Below, one piece after another: positions 42,196-52,226 of a stretch of 64,000 bases of DNA. The notes below the pieces were generated by a model, which saw nothing but the letters and a program-made list of their open reading frames with translations, did not search any database and was not told the origin of the DNA. The stretch lies in assembly GCA_963845145.1 (NCBI GenBank), contig CAWJQU010000004.1, forward strand, positions 64,001-128,000. Direction: 5' to 3'. The stretch is from an uncultured delta proteobacterium. Its GTDB lineage: Bacteria > Desulfobacterota > Desulfobacteria > Desulfobacterales > QNYZ01. Numbering within the stretch: position 1 is the stretch's first letter; every line of letters begins with the position of its first letter. Both the position numbers and the translations under genes were made by a program.

Positions 42196-43533
42196 ATGCC
42201 CAAAACATTTATTGACGCTGACATTGTTCGAAAAATAATCCGGGGTAGCGGGTCGCCTTCGCTGGGCCTTGCCTCCATCCGCGAAATCCGTAAAAAGGTG
42301 TATGAGATCGAAAAGGCTTCCGGCGTCGAATTTTTCCATATGGAAATCGGCTCGCCGGATTTGGCGCCGCCCAAAATCGCCATTGAAGCCGAGGCCGAGG
42401 CAGTTTTTAAAGGCATCGGCGCTCATTATCCGCCATCCGAAGGGATTGAGCCCCTGAAAGGTGAGATATCCGCATTCGTTCGTAATTATCTGGATATTCA
42501 GGTGTCCCCGGAAGGATGTATCCCCACGGTTGGCTCTATGCAAGGCTGCTTCATGGCCATGATGGTGGCGGCCCGACGGCAAAAAAATAAATCCAAGATT
42601 CTTTTTATCGATCCTGGATTTCCAAGTAATAAACGTCAGGCGCAAACCATCGGCCTTGTTTCCGAAAGCTTTGACGTCTATGCGTTTCGTGGAAACAAAT
42701 TGGGCCCCAAGCTTGAATCCTACCTCGCCTCAGGTGATGTTGCCGCCCTGTTGTACTCTTCCCCCAACAACCCATCCTGGATCTGTTTTACGGAACAGGA
42801 GCTGAACACCATCGGCGCGTTGTGCGAAAAATACGATGTTATTGCACTTGAGGATTCGGCTTATCTGGGCATGGATTTCAGATCCGATTACTCCCAACCG
42901 GGCGTTCCACCATTTATTTCCACGGTGGCGAAACACACCGACCGGTATATCCTGTTATTGTCCAGCTCCAAGGCTTTCAGTCTCGCCGGACAGCGTATTG
43001 GTATGACGGTTATTTCGGACTACCTATTCGAATCGACAGGCGACAATCTATTCACCCATTTTGGTAGTGATCAATTCGGCCAGGCCTATATCTTCGGCGC
43101 CATGCATCCCATTTGCTCCGGTGTCTGTCATACTGCCCAGGTCGGCCTCACCGCCCTTTTACGAGCCATTAACACCGGCGAATATAATTTCATCGCGCCT
43201 TTGCGCGAATACGAGCGCCGGGCGGTCGTTACCAAAAAGCTGTTTCTGGAAAATGGATTTCATCTGGTTTACGATAAGGATGGCGATCAGCCCCTGGCGG
43301 ACGGTTTTTACTTTACCGTATCCTATCCTGGTTTTAGCGGGAGTGAGTTGGTGGAGGAGTTTATGTATTACGGCATCGGTACCATTTCACTGACCGTGAC
43401 CGGCAGCGAGCGGCATGAAGGTGTGCGGATTTGCGTTTCTTCCGTGGGAGGGGATCGCTATGAGGCGCTTGCCCACCGGCTGAATTGCTTTAACACGGCC
43501 CACAACAACAGATTTCGGGCGATAGAACAATAA
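42196..43533 (+). CDS. PLP-dependent aminotransferase class I/II
   Basis: SSPNNPS, EDSAY, SSSKAFSLAGQRIG. Confidence 0.9.
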   Translation: MPKTFIDADIVRKIIRGSGSPSLGLASIREIRKKVYEIEKASGVEFFHMEIGSPDLAPPKIAIEAEAEAVFKGIGAHYPPSEGIEPLKGEISAFVRNYLDIQVSPEGCIPTVGSMQGCFMAMMVAARRQKNKSKILFIDPGFPSNKRQAQTIGLVSESFDVYAFRGNKLGPKLESYLASGDVAALLYSSPNNPSWICFTEQELNTIGALCEKYDVIALEDSAYLGMDFRSDYSQPGVPPFISTVAKHTDRYILLLSSSKAFSLAGQRIGMTVISDYLFESTGDNLFTHFGSDQFGQAYIFGAMHPICSGVCHTAQVGLTALLRAINTGEYNFIAPLREYERRAVVTKKLFLENGFHLVYDKDGDQPLADGFYFTVSYPGFSGSELVEEFMYYGIGTISLTVTGSERHEGVRICVSSVGGDRYEALAHRLNCFNTAHNNRFRAIEQ

Positions 43534-43615
43534 TATCCTTGTGGTTACTTTTGTTTTCGAACGGCATCAACCATACATCGGCGAGCATAGAAGCGCGAGC
43601 GTTTTGGAGAAATAA

Positions 43616-44833
43616 ATGGAACCAATAATCAATCGATCGTTTGAAAAAGAAGTGCAGGCCCTTCAGTCTTTTTTAGTAGAAGTTCGTCGCCATATCCACG
43701 CCCATCCGGAAATCGGTACGGACCAGCCGAATACCGTACGGTATTTGGCGGAGCAGTTTAAAGACATGGATGTAAAATTACATTTCGGAGGCGAGCATGT
43801 CGGGCTGGTGGTCGACATTCAAGGCGCCATGCCGGGTCCGAGTCTTGGTTTTCGGGCCGATATGGATGCCCTGGAAATGTCTGAAACAAGCAATCCCGAC
43901 CATATTCCCAACCGCCTGGGATTTTGTTCAACAGTGAATAATCACATGCATGCCTGCGGCCACGATGCCCACAGCGCGATTCTGGCGGGCCTCGGCAAGC
44001 TGGTTTATGCCCATCGGGATCAATTGAAAGGACGGGTTCGTTTGTTGTTTCAACCGGGCGAAGAGGGCTTTTACGGCGCCGTGCGAATGGTGAAAAAAGG
44101 CTATTTGGATGACCTGGATGCTGTTTTTGCCCTGCACTGCCATTCTAACTTGAAAACCGGCCAAATCGCCTACCGTCCGGGCAGCATCATGGCGGCCGTG
44201 GATGCTTACATTGTAAAAATCAAAGGCATCGGTGGGCACGGGGCATCACCGCATCATGCCTCGGACCAGGTGTTGGCTTTGTGCCGGACGGTGGAAAACC
44301 TTCAGTCCATCGTATCCCGCCGACTGAATCCCTTGGCTTCGGCAGTTGTCTCTACCTGTTATCTGCGTGCCGGAGGGAAGGATATGAAAGCCATCATCCC
44401 GGCCGAAGTTGAGTTTGGTGGAACCGTGCGCACCCTGGACGCCGATGTCCGTGCATTCATTCAAAAAGAGTTTTTGACTATGTGCGAATCCAGCGTCCAG
44501 TCGGTTCATCCTCATTGTCACGTTGAGATGGATTATCACGCCGGTTACGATGAAACGGTCAATGATCCCGACACCGTGGCAAGACTTACGACTATTTTTT
44601 CGCGTTATATGGACAAAGAAGACCTAATGACGGATTTTCCGCCCCTGCTCGGCTCGGAAGACTTTTCGGCCATGCTTAAAAAAGTACCAGGCGCCATGTT
44701 TTTTCTCGGCGTTACACCCCGGAAGACGGATTCGGGCAATATTGCCTTCCTTCACAATCCTGAATTTGATATCGATGAAACGGCCCTGGGGTTCGGCGTC
44801 CAGGCCTTTGCCAATATTGTGTTTAACTTCTGA
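43616..44833 (+). CDS. M20D-family amidohydrolase
   Basis: RRHIHAHPE, RADMDAL, MHACGHD, FQPGEE, GSEDF, LHNPEF. Confidence 0.93.
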   Translation: MEPIINRSFEKEVQALQSFLVEVRRHIHAHPEIGTDQPNTVRYLAEQFKDMDVKLHFGGEHVGLVVDIQGAMPGPSLGFRADMDALEMSETSNPDHIPNRLGFCSTVNNHMHACGHDAHSAILAGLGKLVYAHRDQLKGRVRLLFQPGEEGFYGAVRMVKKGYLDDLDAVFALHCHSNLKTGQIAYRPGSIMAAVDAYIVKIKGIGGHGASPHHASDQVLALCRTVENLQSIVSRRLNPLASAVVSTCYLRAGGKDMKAIIPAEVEFGGTVRTLDADVRAFIQKEFLTMCESSVQSVHPHCHVEMDYHAGYDETVNDPDTVARLTTIFSRYMDKEDLMTDFPPLLGSEDFSAMLKKVPGAMFFLGVTPRKTDSGNIAFLHNPEFDIDETALGFGVQAFANIVFNF

Positions 44834-44834
44834 T

Positions 44835-46421
44835 ATGATGCTCGCCCTCCTATCCGCCCGGATATTCACCGGTGATGTCAACCGTCCTTGGGCTGAAGCC
44901 TTAATAATTGAAGACAATAAAATTGTCGCGGTCGGTAGTGACGCTGAAATCAGGCTACATATCGGCACGAAGACGGAGGTCCTGTCCTTACCGGGCAGGT
45001 TGATTACCGCTGGACTGGTGGATGGGCACTGCCATTTTGTTAAACAGGGCGTTTTGCTGCAGCAGGTGGATTTGCGAGGGCACGATTCGCTCAGCGCATG
45101 CCGGGAAAAAATCCGGCAGGCGGTATCATCCGCTTTACCCGGCGATTGGATCATCGGCCGGGGATGGAACCATCATCGCTGGCCGGAAAAGAGGGAACCC
45201 TCCCGCCGGGATTTGGATGATCTGGCACCGGACAATCCGGTGATAATGGCCAGGGTATGCGGACACAGCTGGTGGGTGAACACCCCGGCCTTAACCATTG
45301 CCGGTATATCCGGGCAACGGTCACGACCGGCGAATGAAAAAATTGAAATAGATCCGCATTCGGGTGAGCCCAACGGCATTATCCGGGAAAATATCGATTC
45401 GGTACTGCAGCACATTCCCCCCTTGTCACCCCATAAATGGCGTCAGGCCGCCCTGGCCGCCCAGGAGGAAGCGTTGCGTTTCGGGATTACGGCGGTTCAC
45501 TCCTGCGAGGGGTTGACGGAATGGTCGACCATTTCGGGCCTGGCCGATGAAAACCGGCTGAAACTGCGAGTGTACCACCTGCTTCACCCCGAAGATGTGG
45601 AGGCGGCTGATAAAAATAGTATCGATGTGAACCGGCGCCGCAAAAACCTTTGGTTCAACCGTGTAAAACTATATGCGGACGGATCGCTCGGATCGGGAAC
45701 CGCTTTGCTTCATGAACCTTATGAGGATGACCCCGAAAATACCGGGATGCCTTATTTAACCTTTAAGCAACTTTGTGAAAAAGTCGAATTTGCCTATCGT
45801 CGGGGCTGCGATGTGGCGATCCATGCCATTGGAGATAAAGCGGTCACAAATGCGCTAACCGCCATTGGCAAGGCCCGGCAGATATATCCTGGCCGACACA
45901 GGGACCGGATCGAGCATGTCCAGCTTTTTTCGCCTGCTGACTTAGACACTTTTCGTGAACTGGGGATCACGGCTTCGGTCCAACCCCTCTTTCTCATATC
46001 GGACAGGCACATCGCGACCCGTAAATGGGGCGTCCATCGCTGCCGCAATGCGTATGCCTGGAAAACCTTAAAAGAAGCCGGCATACCGCTCCAATTCGGC
46101 TCTGATTCACCCGTAGAGCCCCTCAACCCGTTGCTGGGAATTCAGGCAGAGCTTCGGCGTACGGAAAAAAAGTACCAAGAGAAAAAAAGTTGGTGGGCGA
46201 CCGACCGCCTGACGCTGTCCGATTGCCTATTGGGCTATACGCGACAACCGGCAATAACCTCCTATTCTGAAAACGAACTGGGTACCATTTGTCCCGGAAA
46301 AGTGGCGGACTTGACGGTTTTCAATAAGGACTTGTTCCAAGTGCCGGCGTCGGGTTTGGATTCCGTGTCAGTGGAACTGACCATTATCGATGGAAAAATC
46401 GTCTATCAAAAAAGGGTGTAG
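44835..46421 (+). CDS. Amidohydrolase_3 (YtcJ-like) metallo-amidohydrolase
   Basis: GLVDGHCH, KLYADGSLGS, AIHAIGDKA, RIEHVQ, FGSDSPV, GKVADL. Confidence 0.92.
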   Translation: MMLALLSARIFTGDVNRPWAEALIIEDNKIVAVGSDAEIRLHIGTKTEVLSLPGRLITAGLVDGHCHFVKQGVLLQQVDLRGHDSLSACREKIRQAVSSALPGDWIIGRGWNHHRWPEKREPSRRDLDDLAPDNPVIMARVCGHSWWVNTPALTIAGISGQRSRPANEKIEIDPHSGEPNGIIRENIDSVLQHIPPLSPHKWRQAALAAQEEALRFGITAVHSCEGLTEWSTISGLADENRLKLRVYHLLHPEDVEAADKNSIDVNRRRKNLWFNRVKLYADGSLGSGTALLHEPYEDDPENTGMPYLTFKQLCEKVEFAYRRGCDVAIHAIGDKAVTNALTAIGKARQIYPGRHRDRIEHVQLFSPADLDTFRELGITASVQPLFLISDRHIATRKWGVHRCRNAYAWKTLKEAGIPLQFGSDSPVEPLNPLLGIQAELRRTEKKYQEKKSWWATDRLTLSDCLLGYTRQPAITSYSENELGTICPGKVADLTVFNKDLFQVPASGLDSVSVELTIIDGKIVYQKRV

Positions 46422-46496
46422 TCATTCCAAAAAACATTTATTTTGTAGGGTGGCCGAATTTCACATAATGAGGCGGCTGATAACAGCATAAAATCC

Positions 46497-47099
46497 ATGA
46501 CCAAACAACATTCACCGGTTGCACTTTTTATCGGCAGTCCTCGGCGAAACGGCAATTGTGTCGCACTTGCCGACCGTCTTTGTCAAGGTATCAGACAGTC
46601 CGGGATTGAGCCTGAAATATTTTTTTTGGACGACCTCGATATTCGCTATTGTGACGGTTGCGACCAATGCAGGGTTAAGACTACGCGCGGTTGCCACATC
46701 AAAGATGACATGCGATCGATTTATCCCGTCATACGGGCCGCTAAAGGAATTGTCATCGCCAGTCCGGTTTACTGGGCGAGTGTGTCAGGCCAGACCAAGG
46801 TTTTTCTCGACAGGTGCTACGCCCTTGGTGGACCCGAGGGTCACGATATGGATGGAAAATCTTACGGTATTATTTTGACCTATGCGGGCAGTGACCCTTT
46901 CCGTTCCGGAGCGATTAATGCCCTGCGTAGTTTTCAGGACAGTTTCGGGTCCCAGATATTAGGCTTTGTTTACGGAACCGCTCACCACCCGGGAGAAATT
47001 AAAGCAAACATTGAGATTATGGACAAGGCCCACACATTGGGTGGGCAAATCGGAGAAGCGTGTTTGGATAGGGAAGTAAAAACTTCCTCGTCGAGCTGA
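46497..47099 (+). CDS. Iron-sulfur flavoprotein / flavodoxin family
   Basis: GSPRRNGN, CDGCDQC...C, SPVYW. Confidence 0.9.
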   Translation: MTKQHSPVALFIGSPRRNGNCVALADRLCQGIRQSGIEPEIFFLDDLDIRYCDGCDQCRVKTTRGCHIKDDMRSIYPVIRAAKGIVIASPVYWASVSGQTKVFLDRCYALGGPEGHDMDGKSYGIILTYAGSDPFRSGAINALRSFQDSFGSQILGFVYGTAHHPGEIKANIEIMDKAHTLGGQIGEACLDREVKTSSSS

Positions 47100-47189
47100 A
47101 GCGTGAATGAAAAACAATCCCGATAATATACCCCACTACTAGTCGATGGTGGCGATTTTAACTATGAGAACAAGAATCAGGAGGTACCC

Positions 47190-48194
47190 TTGGAATATCG
47201 TTATGTCGGTCAATCAGGACTTAAGGTAAGCAGATTGTGTTTAGGAACCATGACCTTTGGGTTGGAGACTTCCGAAGAAGAGAGCGGGCGGATATTGGAC
47301 CATTTTATCGAAAGAGGTGGTAATTTTGTCGATACAGCCGATATCTATACCGATGGTGAATCCGAATCCATTATTGGTCGCTGGCTAAAAGATAAAACCA
47401 GAGACGACCTGGTGATCGCCACCAAAGTTCGTTTTGAAACCGACGCCCATGCCAACGGCATCGGTTTGAATCGCAAACATATTCTGGCGGCGGTGGAAAA
47501 TAGTTTGCGTCGACTGAAAACCGACTATATCGATATCTACCAAGTCCATTGCTGGGATGATGGTACCCCCCTGGAAGAGACGTTAGCGACCTTGGACCAC
47601 TTGGTGGCCAGCGGAAAAGTCCGGTATATCGGCGCCAGCAATTACACCGGGTGGCAACTTCAAAAAGCGATCGATTTAAGTAATCAATTGGGCCGGGAGA
47701 AGTTTATCTGCCTGCAGGCGCTGTACAATTTGCTGGACCGGTTTCTAGAGTGGGATATTATCCCGGTGTGCGAAAATGAGGGCTTGGGCCTGTTGTGCTG
47801 GAGCCCGTTGGGCGGCGGTTGGCTGACCGGTAAATTTCGCCGCGGAATGTCGGGCCCCCCTGAAGATAGCCGCGTCAATCAGGCCGAAAAAGAGGGTTGG
47901 AGCGAATCGTGGAGCAATTATAATACAACCGAAACCTGGCAAATATTGGACGCATTTCTCGAAATTGCAGCGGAAATCGGCAAGCCTCCCTCCCAAGTGG
48001 CCATCAACTGGTTATTGAATCAAGCCCCCGTAACGTGCCCCATCATTGGCGTGCGAACTTTTTCTCAATTTGAAGATAATATCCAGGCCATTGATTGGCA
48101 TCTCGAGAAAACGCATCTTGATCGTTTAAACCAGGCCAGTGCGCCGAAAATACCACGATACCCATATGGTTTTGTGAATCGATTTAAACGTTAA
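47190..48194 (+). CDS. Aldo/keto reductase
   Basis: [48 protein letters not shown] before TTG. Confidence 0.95.
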   Translation: MEYRYVGQSGLKVSRLCLGTMTFGLETSEEESGRILDHFIERGGNFVDTADIYTDGESESIIGRWLKDKTRDDLVIATKVRFETDAHANGIGLNRKHILAAVENSLRRLKTDYIDIYQVHCWDDGTPLEETLATLDHLVASGKVRYIGASNYTGWQLQKAIDLSNQLGREKFICLQALYNLLDRFLEWDIIPVCENEGLGLLCWSPLGGGWLTGKFRRGMSGPPEDSRVNQAEKEGWSESWSNYNTTETWQILDAFLEIAAEIGKPPSQVAINWLLNQAPVTCPIIGVRTFSQFEDNIQAIDWHLEKTHLDRLNQASAPKIPRYPYGFVNRFKR

Positions 48195-48209
48195 ATAAAG
48201 TGTCGCTTC

Positions 48210-48504
48210 ATGCGGGGGTTCGTTTCAACCTTTCCGCTTTAGTCTTCACCTCTATGTTTGAAACCGGTGGCGTGTCGCAAGCCGCCACCAAGTTTTTAAT
48301 CCCGCATACCTCAGCCACACATACGAGGAATATTCCGGTGGGTGAGGTGCTTTCTATATGATAAAGCGTTGGGATTTCAATACCATACTTTGTACGCTAT
48401 AAGAAATAGGACTACGAATGTCGTTCCGAAAAAATCTATCCGGCGAGAAAAATAGTTGTCAGAGTCTTTTACTCTGCCGCTATACCCTCGGGCAGACGGA
48501 ACGA
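48210..48504. other. Densely base-paired intergenic region (candidate structured RNA)
   Basis: At least six stems, two of them enclosing nested hairpins; see findings. Confidence 0.35.
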
Positions 48505-48562
48505 AATGGAATTCAGTAAGGGCTTTGGTTTTGGGAAGGAGGTTGTCTTTGGAAATTACAGG

Positions 48563-48943
48563 TTAGCTTTTCATACGACCATCATATTTATATGATTCTA
48601 ATTCTCGTTCCAACTCTTCGACGAGTAGGCGAGACTCCTCATTTGATCGCATGATTTTGACGACTTCATCCGTACTTTGCCCCTTAAGGCGTATCGATAC
48701 CCGATTGTAACGATAGGATTCTTTCCCACCTTTAGAATTAAAACTTAAGTGCTGGATCAAAAATTTTTCAGTTGAATAATCATTTTTGGAAAGAACCTTC
48801 GAAATAATTTGAGTCGCTGAAAATGTGTTGTTGTTTGAATCAGAAAAAACTTTTATCGAACCATGAAAAAAGGGTGTGTCGTTCTCAAATTTCTTTACTT
48901 CTGTTTCCTGGCCCACCCCTCTATTTATATTCAGTTTGTCCAT
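48563..48943 (-). CDS. Hypothetical protein (AT-rich orphan)
   Basis: 126-aa ORF with AAGGAG RBS; no recognisable motif. Confidence 0.6.
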   Translation of the reverse strand: MDKLNINRGVGQETEVKKFENDTPFFHGSIKVFSDSNNNTFSATQIISKVLSKNDYSTEKFLIQHLSFNSKGGKESYRYNRVSIRLKGQSTDEVVKIMRSNEESRLLVEELERELESYKYDGRMKS

Positions 48944-49250
48944 TTTACACTCCTTGTGTTGAGATCAACTCCCTAAAATCTACTATCTACCGTTGTTTTT
49001 AAAACCCCCGCCTTAAAAATAATGCCTACCTATAACAACTCCAGGAAGGCCTCGCAGAACGCACACCCTTCATCCGGGCTTAAAATTGTTTTTGAACTAA
49101 GGTGAGCGACTTTTTCGAAGCCATGTACCAAGAGTGCGATTGAAGCGCTAATTGAATTTTTTTATTCTATAGCTTAATGAATCACATCGCTCCTGAAAAC
49201 CCTAAAAGATTGTCTGGCATTTTGTCTGGTAAGACCTGGGGTAAGGCGGG

Positions 49251-49475
49251 TCAGTATATTGCATGATAGGTCGTGGGTTCTCCAGTGATCATGATTCTCA
49301 GCACCAAAGCGCCTTTGACAACAAACCGGTTGGTGTGTATGGATGGTGATAACCGGTAAAGAAACCGCTTTATGGCATAATACTGAGGCAGCTCGCTAAA
49401 TGACATCCGGTCGTTTTTTGGCTGATTGAACAGATGATGCTGCCTAGACGCTAAATTGTCCTTCGGAGATTTCAT
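49251..49475 (-). pseudogene. Decayed AbiEii-like nucleotidyltransferase toxin, N-terminus only
   Basis: MKSPKDNLASRQHHLFN...QYYAIKRFLYRLS.S.HTNRFVVKGALVL resembles the AbiEii ERFLYRLS...F.LKGA.L motif; ends before the DID motif. Confidence 0.7.
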
Positions 49476-50714
49476 ATGGTACGTTTGGACAAATATCCTG
49501 AAGAAGAGAGAGCTCACCTTCTTGGGCTTCCCTGTCCAAGTTTTAAGGCAACACCATTTGTTACCGGGCCACCTCTGGCCGAAAGGCGGATTGCCGTGAT
49601 TTCCACAGCCGGGCTCCACCGCCGTGGGGATCGTCCCTTTGCCATCGGCGAAGCAGACTATCGGCTGATTCCGGTGGATACCCCAGCCAGTGATCTGGTG
49701 ATGAGTCATATATCTACCAATTTTGATCGAACCGGCTTTCAATTGGATTTGAATCTGGTATTACCTCTGGACCGGCTGTCCGAACTTGTAAAACAAAGAT
49801 TTATCGGCGCTTTGGCCGATTATCACTACTCCTTCATGGGGGCCACCGATCCCCAACAAATGAAAAATACGGCTCGTATCCTTTCTAATAAAATGAAAAA
49901 AGAGGGTGTAAATTCGGTACTGCTCGTTCCTGTTTGACCGAATTGCACGCGCGCCGTGGGCGGGCTGGCACACTATATCGAAGAAGAGGGGATACCGACA
50001 ACTCAGATCAGCCTGGTCCGTGAACACACTGAAAAGATAAAACCACCCCGGGCATTGTGGGTATCGTTCGACCTGGGGCGACCGTTGGGCGTTCCCAATA
50101 ATCCAAAATTTCAGATTTCGGTGCTAAAGCATGCGCTTAACCTGCTTGAGGCGCCAGCGGGCCCTGTCCTTGAGGATTTTCCGAAAGATGCCCCGGATAC
50201 CAGAGTGGAAATTCAAGATCAATTGGTTCAGATTGCATGTCCGGAAAATTATACATCAAACGCAGTTGAAGTAACTTCAATTGAACAATTATTAGATGAT
50301 TTTTCTTCCGAAGTCAGGCAGATGCGTACCTGGTATGAGCTTGCCTGTGAAAAAAAGAAGCGAACGACAACCGGGGTCACCGGCTTTTCGCCTGAAGAAA
50401 CCTCCGAATTTCTGTCAGCATTTGTTAAAGGAGACCCCCATAAGGTACCATTGGTAAATTCATCCTTAGCGGATACCATCCGAATGGCTGCCGAAGACCT
50501 GAAAGCATATTATTTTGAGGCGGTTTCAGCGCAACCCGGCCAGCCCACTGACAGTTCAAGTCTCGCCAACTGGTTCTGGGGCGAGACAATCGCTGCTCTT
50601 GTGATCAACCGTATTCGAATGATTTGCGTTGAGGATGGAGATAAGAACCTGGAGCTTCTGGGTAAACTCCTATTGGTTCCCCGAAGCCAGATATACCGAT
50701 TTAAAGATTTGTAG
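49476..50714 (+). CDS. GrdB/PrdB-like selenoprotein (Sec at TGA 49935-49937), 412 aa
   Basis: ORFs 49476 and 49956 are in the same frame, joined by LLVPV-TGA-PNCTRAVG (UxxC); IAVISTAG, HYSFMG, IEEEGIPT and PPRALWV.F.LGRPLG motifs. Confidence 0.85.
49944..49970 (+). promoter_or_regulatory. Putative bacterial SECIS hairpin
   Basis: cgcc-GTG-ggcg apical stem-loop about 18 nt after the UGA, outer tgc/gca pairing. Confidence 0.45.
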
Positions 50715-50954
50715 TTCCAAATTTAGTCATTCAATTTTCCCAACTGCGCCTTATGCCATTAGTCGTGATACCTCAGATTTATTCCCACCAGGATATTATT
50801 CCAATTCAAAAAAACCGGCCCAGATTTTAAGTTAAGGTTAACCTTACCCATTTGATTTGGAATTACAACCGCTCCGGCAATCGAACAAAATTTTTGACAC
50901 AGACTTAAACTGTAATTATTTTAAATAATAAGTGTGTGAAGGGGGTGAGAAAAG

Positions 50955-51148
50955 ATGAAGTTTAAGGACTTGTCTTACCGAAAATCGCGCGCTCAGACCC
51001 AAAAATCCGCAAAGAGACCATCCGCGAAGAGGTCAACGTCGAACTGCTCAAGCAGGTTATTGAAAAGGTTAGCGATCCAGAAGTTTACTGACTTGCCCAA
51101 GAACGTATCCGAAAGCTCCTTCTTGAAGTTGAAGTCGAACACGCGTAA
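50955..51148 (+). pseudogene. Small helical-repeat-like protein, frameshifted and with internal stop
   Basis: MKFKDL, then in a shifted frame LPKIARSDPKIRKETIREEVNVELLKQVIEKVSDPEVY*LAQERIRKL; TTGACA-N17-TATTTT promoter upstream. Confidence 0.5.
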
Positions 51149-51450
51149 TTCGCTGGCTTCGGCGCACTATTTTTTCAGCCATGTAGCGCATGGTTACGCG
51201 CCAGCGCCAAAGCATTTGTGGCATCATACCGCAGCCCCGTTATCTCGGCTTGAATGCTCTGACGCGCCAAAGGGTGGGTTATACCCTTTGTGCTACAGTG
51301 CTCACCCCGAATATCTCCGGAACTGGCAGAGATGGTTGTAGTCGTTCATAAGGGCTATTAATTCGATTTTTCCTGTTGGAAAATCGATAATTTTTCGAAA
51401 TGTTTGTTTCCCGGTATGCTGAACGATTATCCAGAAGAAAGGAGGACCCC

Positions 51451-52137
51451 ATGAAAATACCAACAAAAGCGCGCTCCATCGAAAAAATTATTGAGGAACA
51501 GATTCAAAAATGGAACATTACCAGGAGGAAAACCGAAATAGATGAATCGGTTTATCCCGTGGTGACCATCTCCCGGGAACCTGGCAGTGGCGGACGAGTC
51601 ATTGCCGAAAGCCTCGCTAAAAAATTCAATCTTGATCTATTTCATCAGGAGATGATTCACTGCATGGCTGAAAGCACAAAAGTCAGTAAACAGGTTATCG
51701 AAACCCTGGACGAAAAGGGCTTAAATGTATTGGACAACTGGATTGCCTCGTTAGTAGACAAACAACATCTCTGGCCCGATCAATATCTGAAACACCTAAT
51801 GAAAGTGATATTAGCCATTGGCAAACATGGCCGGGCGGTCATCGTTGGTCGAGGCGCCAATTTTATACTTTCGCCGGAAAACCGATTCAGGGTTCGCGTC
51901 ATCGCCCCGATCGAAACGCGTACTGGAAATATTTCCAGGGACTACGATGTTTCAGCTAAAAAAGCTAAAAGACGGATGATCAAAACCGAATCGGACCGTC
52001 AGGCATTTATTCGGAAATACTTCTATTCGGATATCTGTGAACCAGGCAATTATGACCTGATAATCAATACGGATAGGGTAAGCGTTGAAAATGCCGTTGA
52101 AGCCATCGGATCGGCAGCAGGTTTAATACCGGGCTGA
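51451..52137 (+). CDS. Cytidylate kinase-like family protein
   Basis: VTISREPGSGG, VIVGRGANFIL, YDLIINT; AGGAGG RBS. Confidence 0.88.
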   Translation: MKIPTKARSIEKIIEEQIQKWNITRRKTEIDESVYPVVTISREPGSGGRVIAESLAKKFNLDLFHQEMIHCMAESTKVSKQVIETLDEKGLNVLDNWIASLVDKQHLWPDQYLKHLMKVILAIGKHGRAVIVGRGANFILSPENRFRVRVIAPIETRTGNISRDYDVSAKKAKRRMIKTESDRQAFIRKYFYSDICEPGNYDLIINTDRVSVENAVEAIGSAAGLIPG

Positions 52138-52226
52138 TGCATCGAGACCGACTGAAATAACATTTAGCTGAAATCTCATTGGCTTACATGTTTGACTACG
52201 CTATCGATAACCGCTATTGATCAGAT

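Noticed and set aside
49476..49742. 5' part of the 163-aa minus-strand ORF, and the many other antisense or alternate-frame ORFs in the track
   Set aside because: Shadow ORFs overlapping well-supported genes; only the 49251-49475 part resembles a real protein
51092..51094. In-frame TGA in the small pseudogene as possible selenocysteine
   Set aside because: No Cys-type motif context, no clear SECIS, and the gene is also frameshifted
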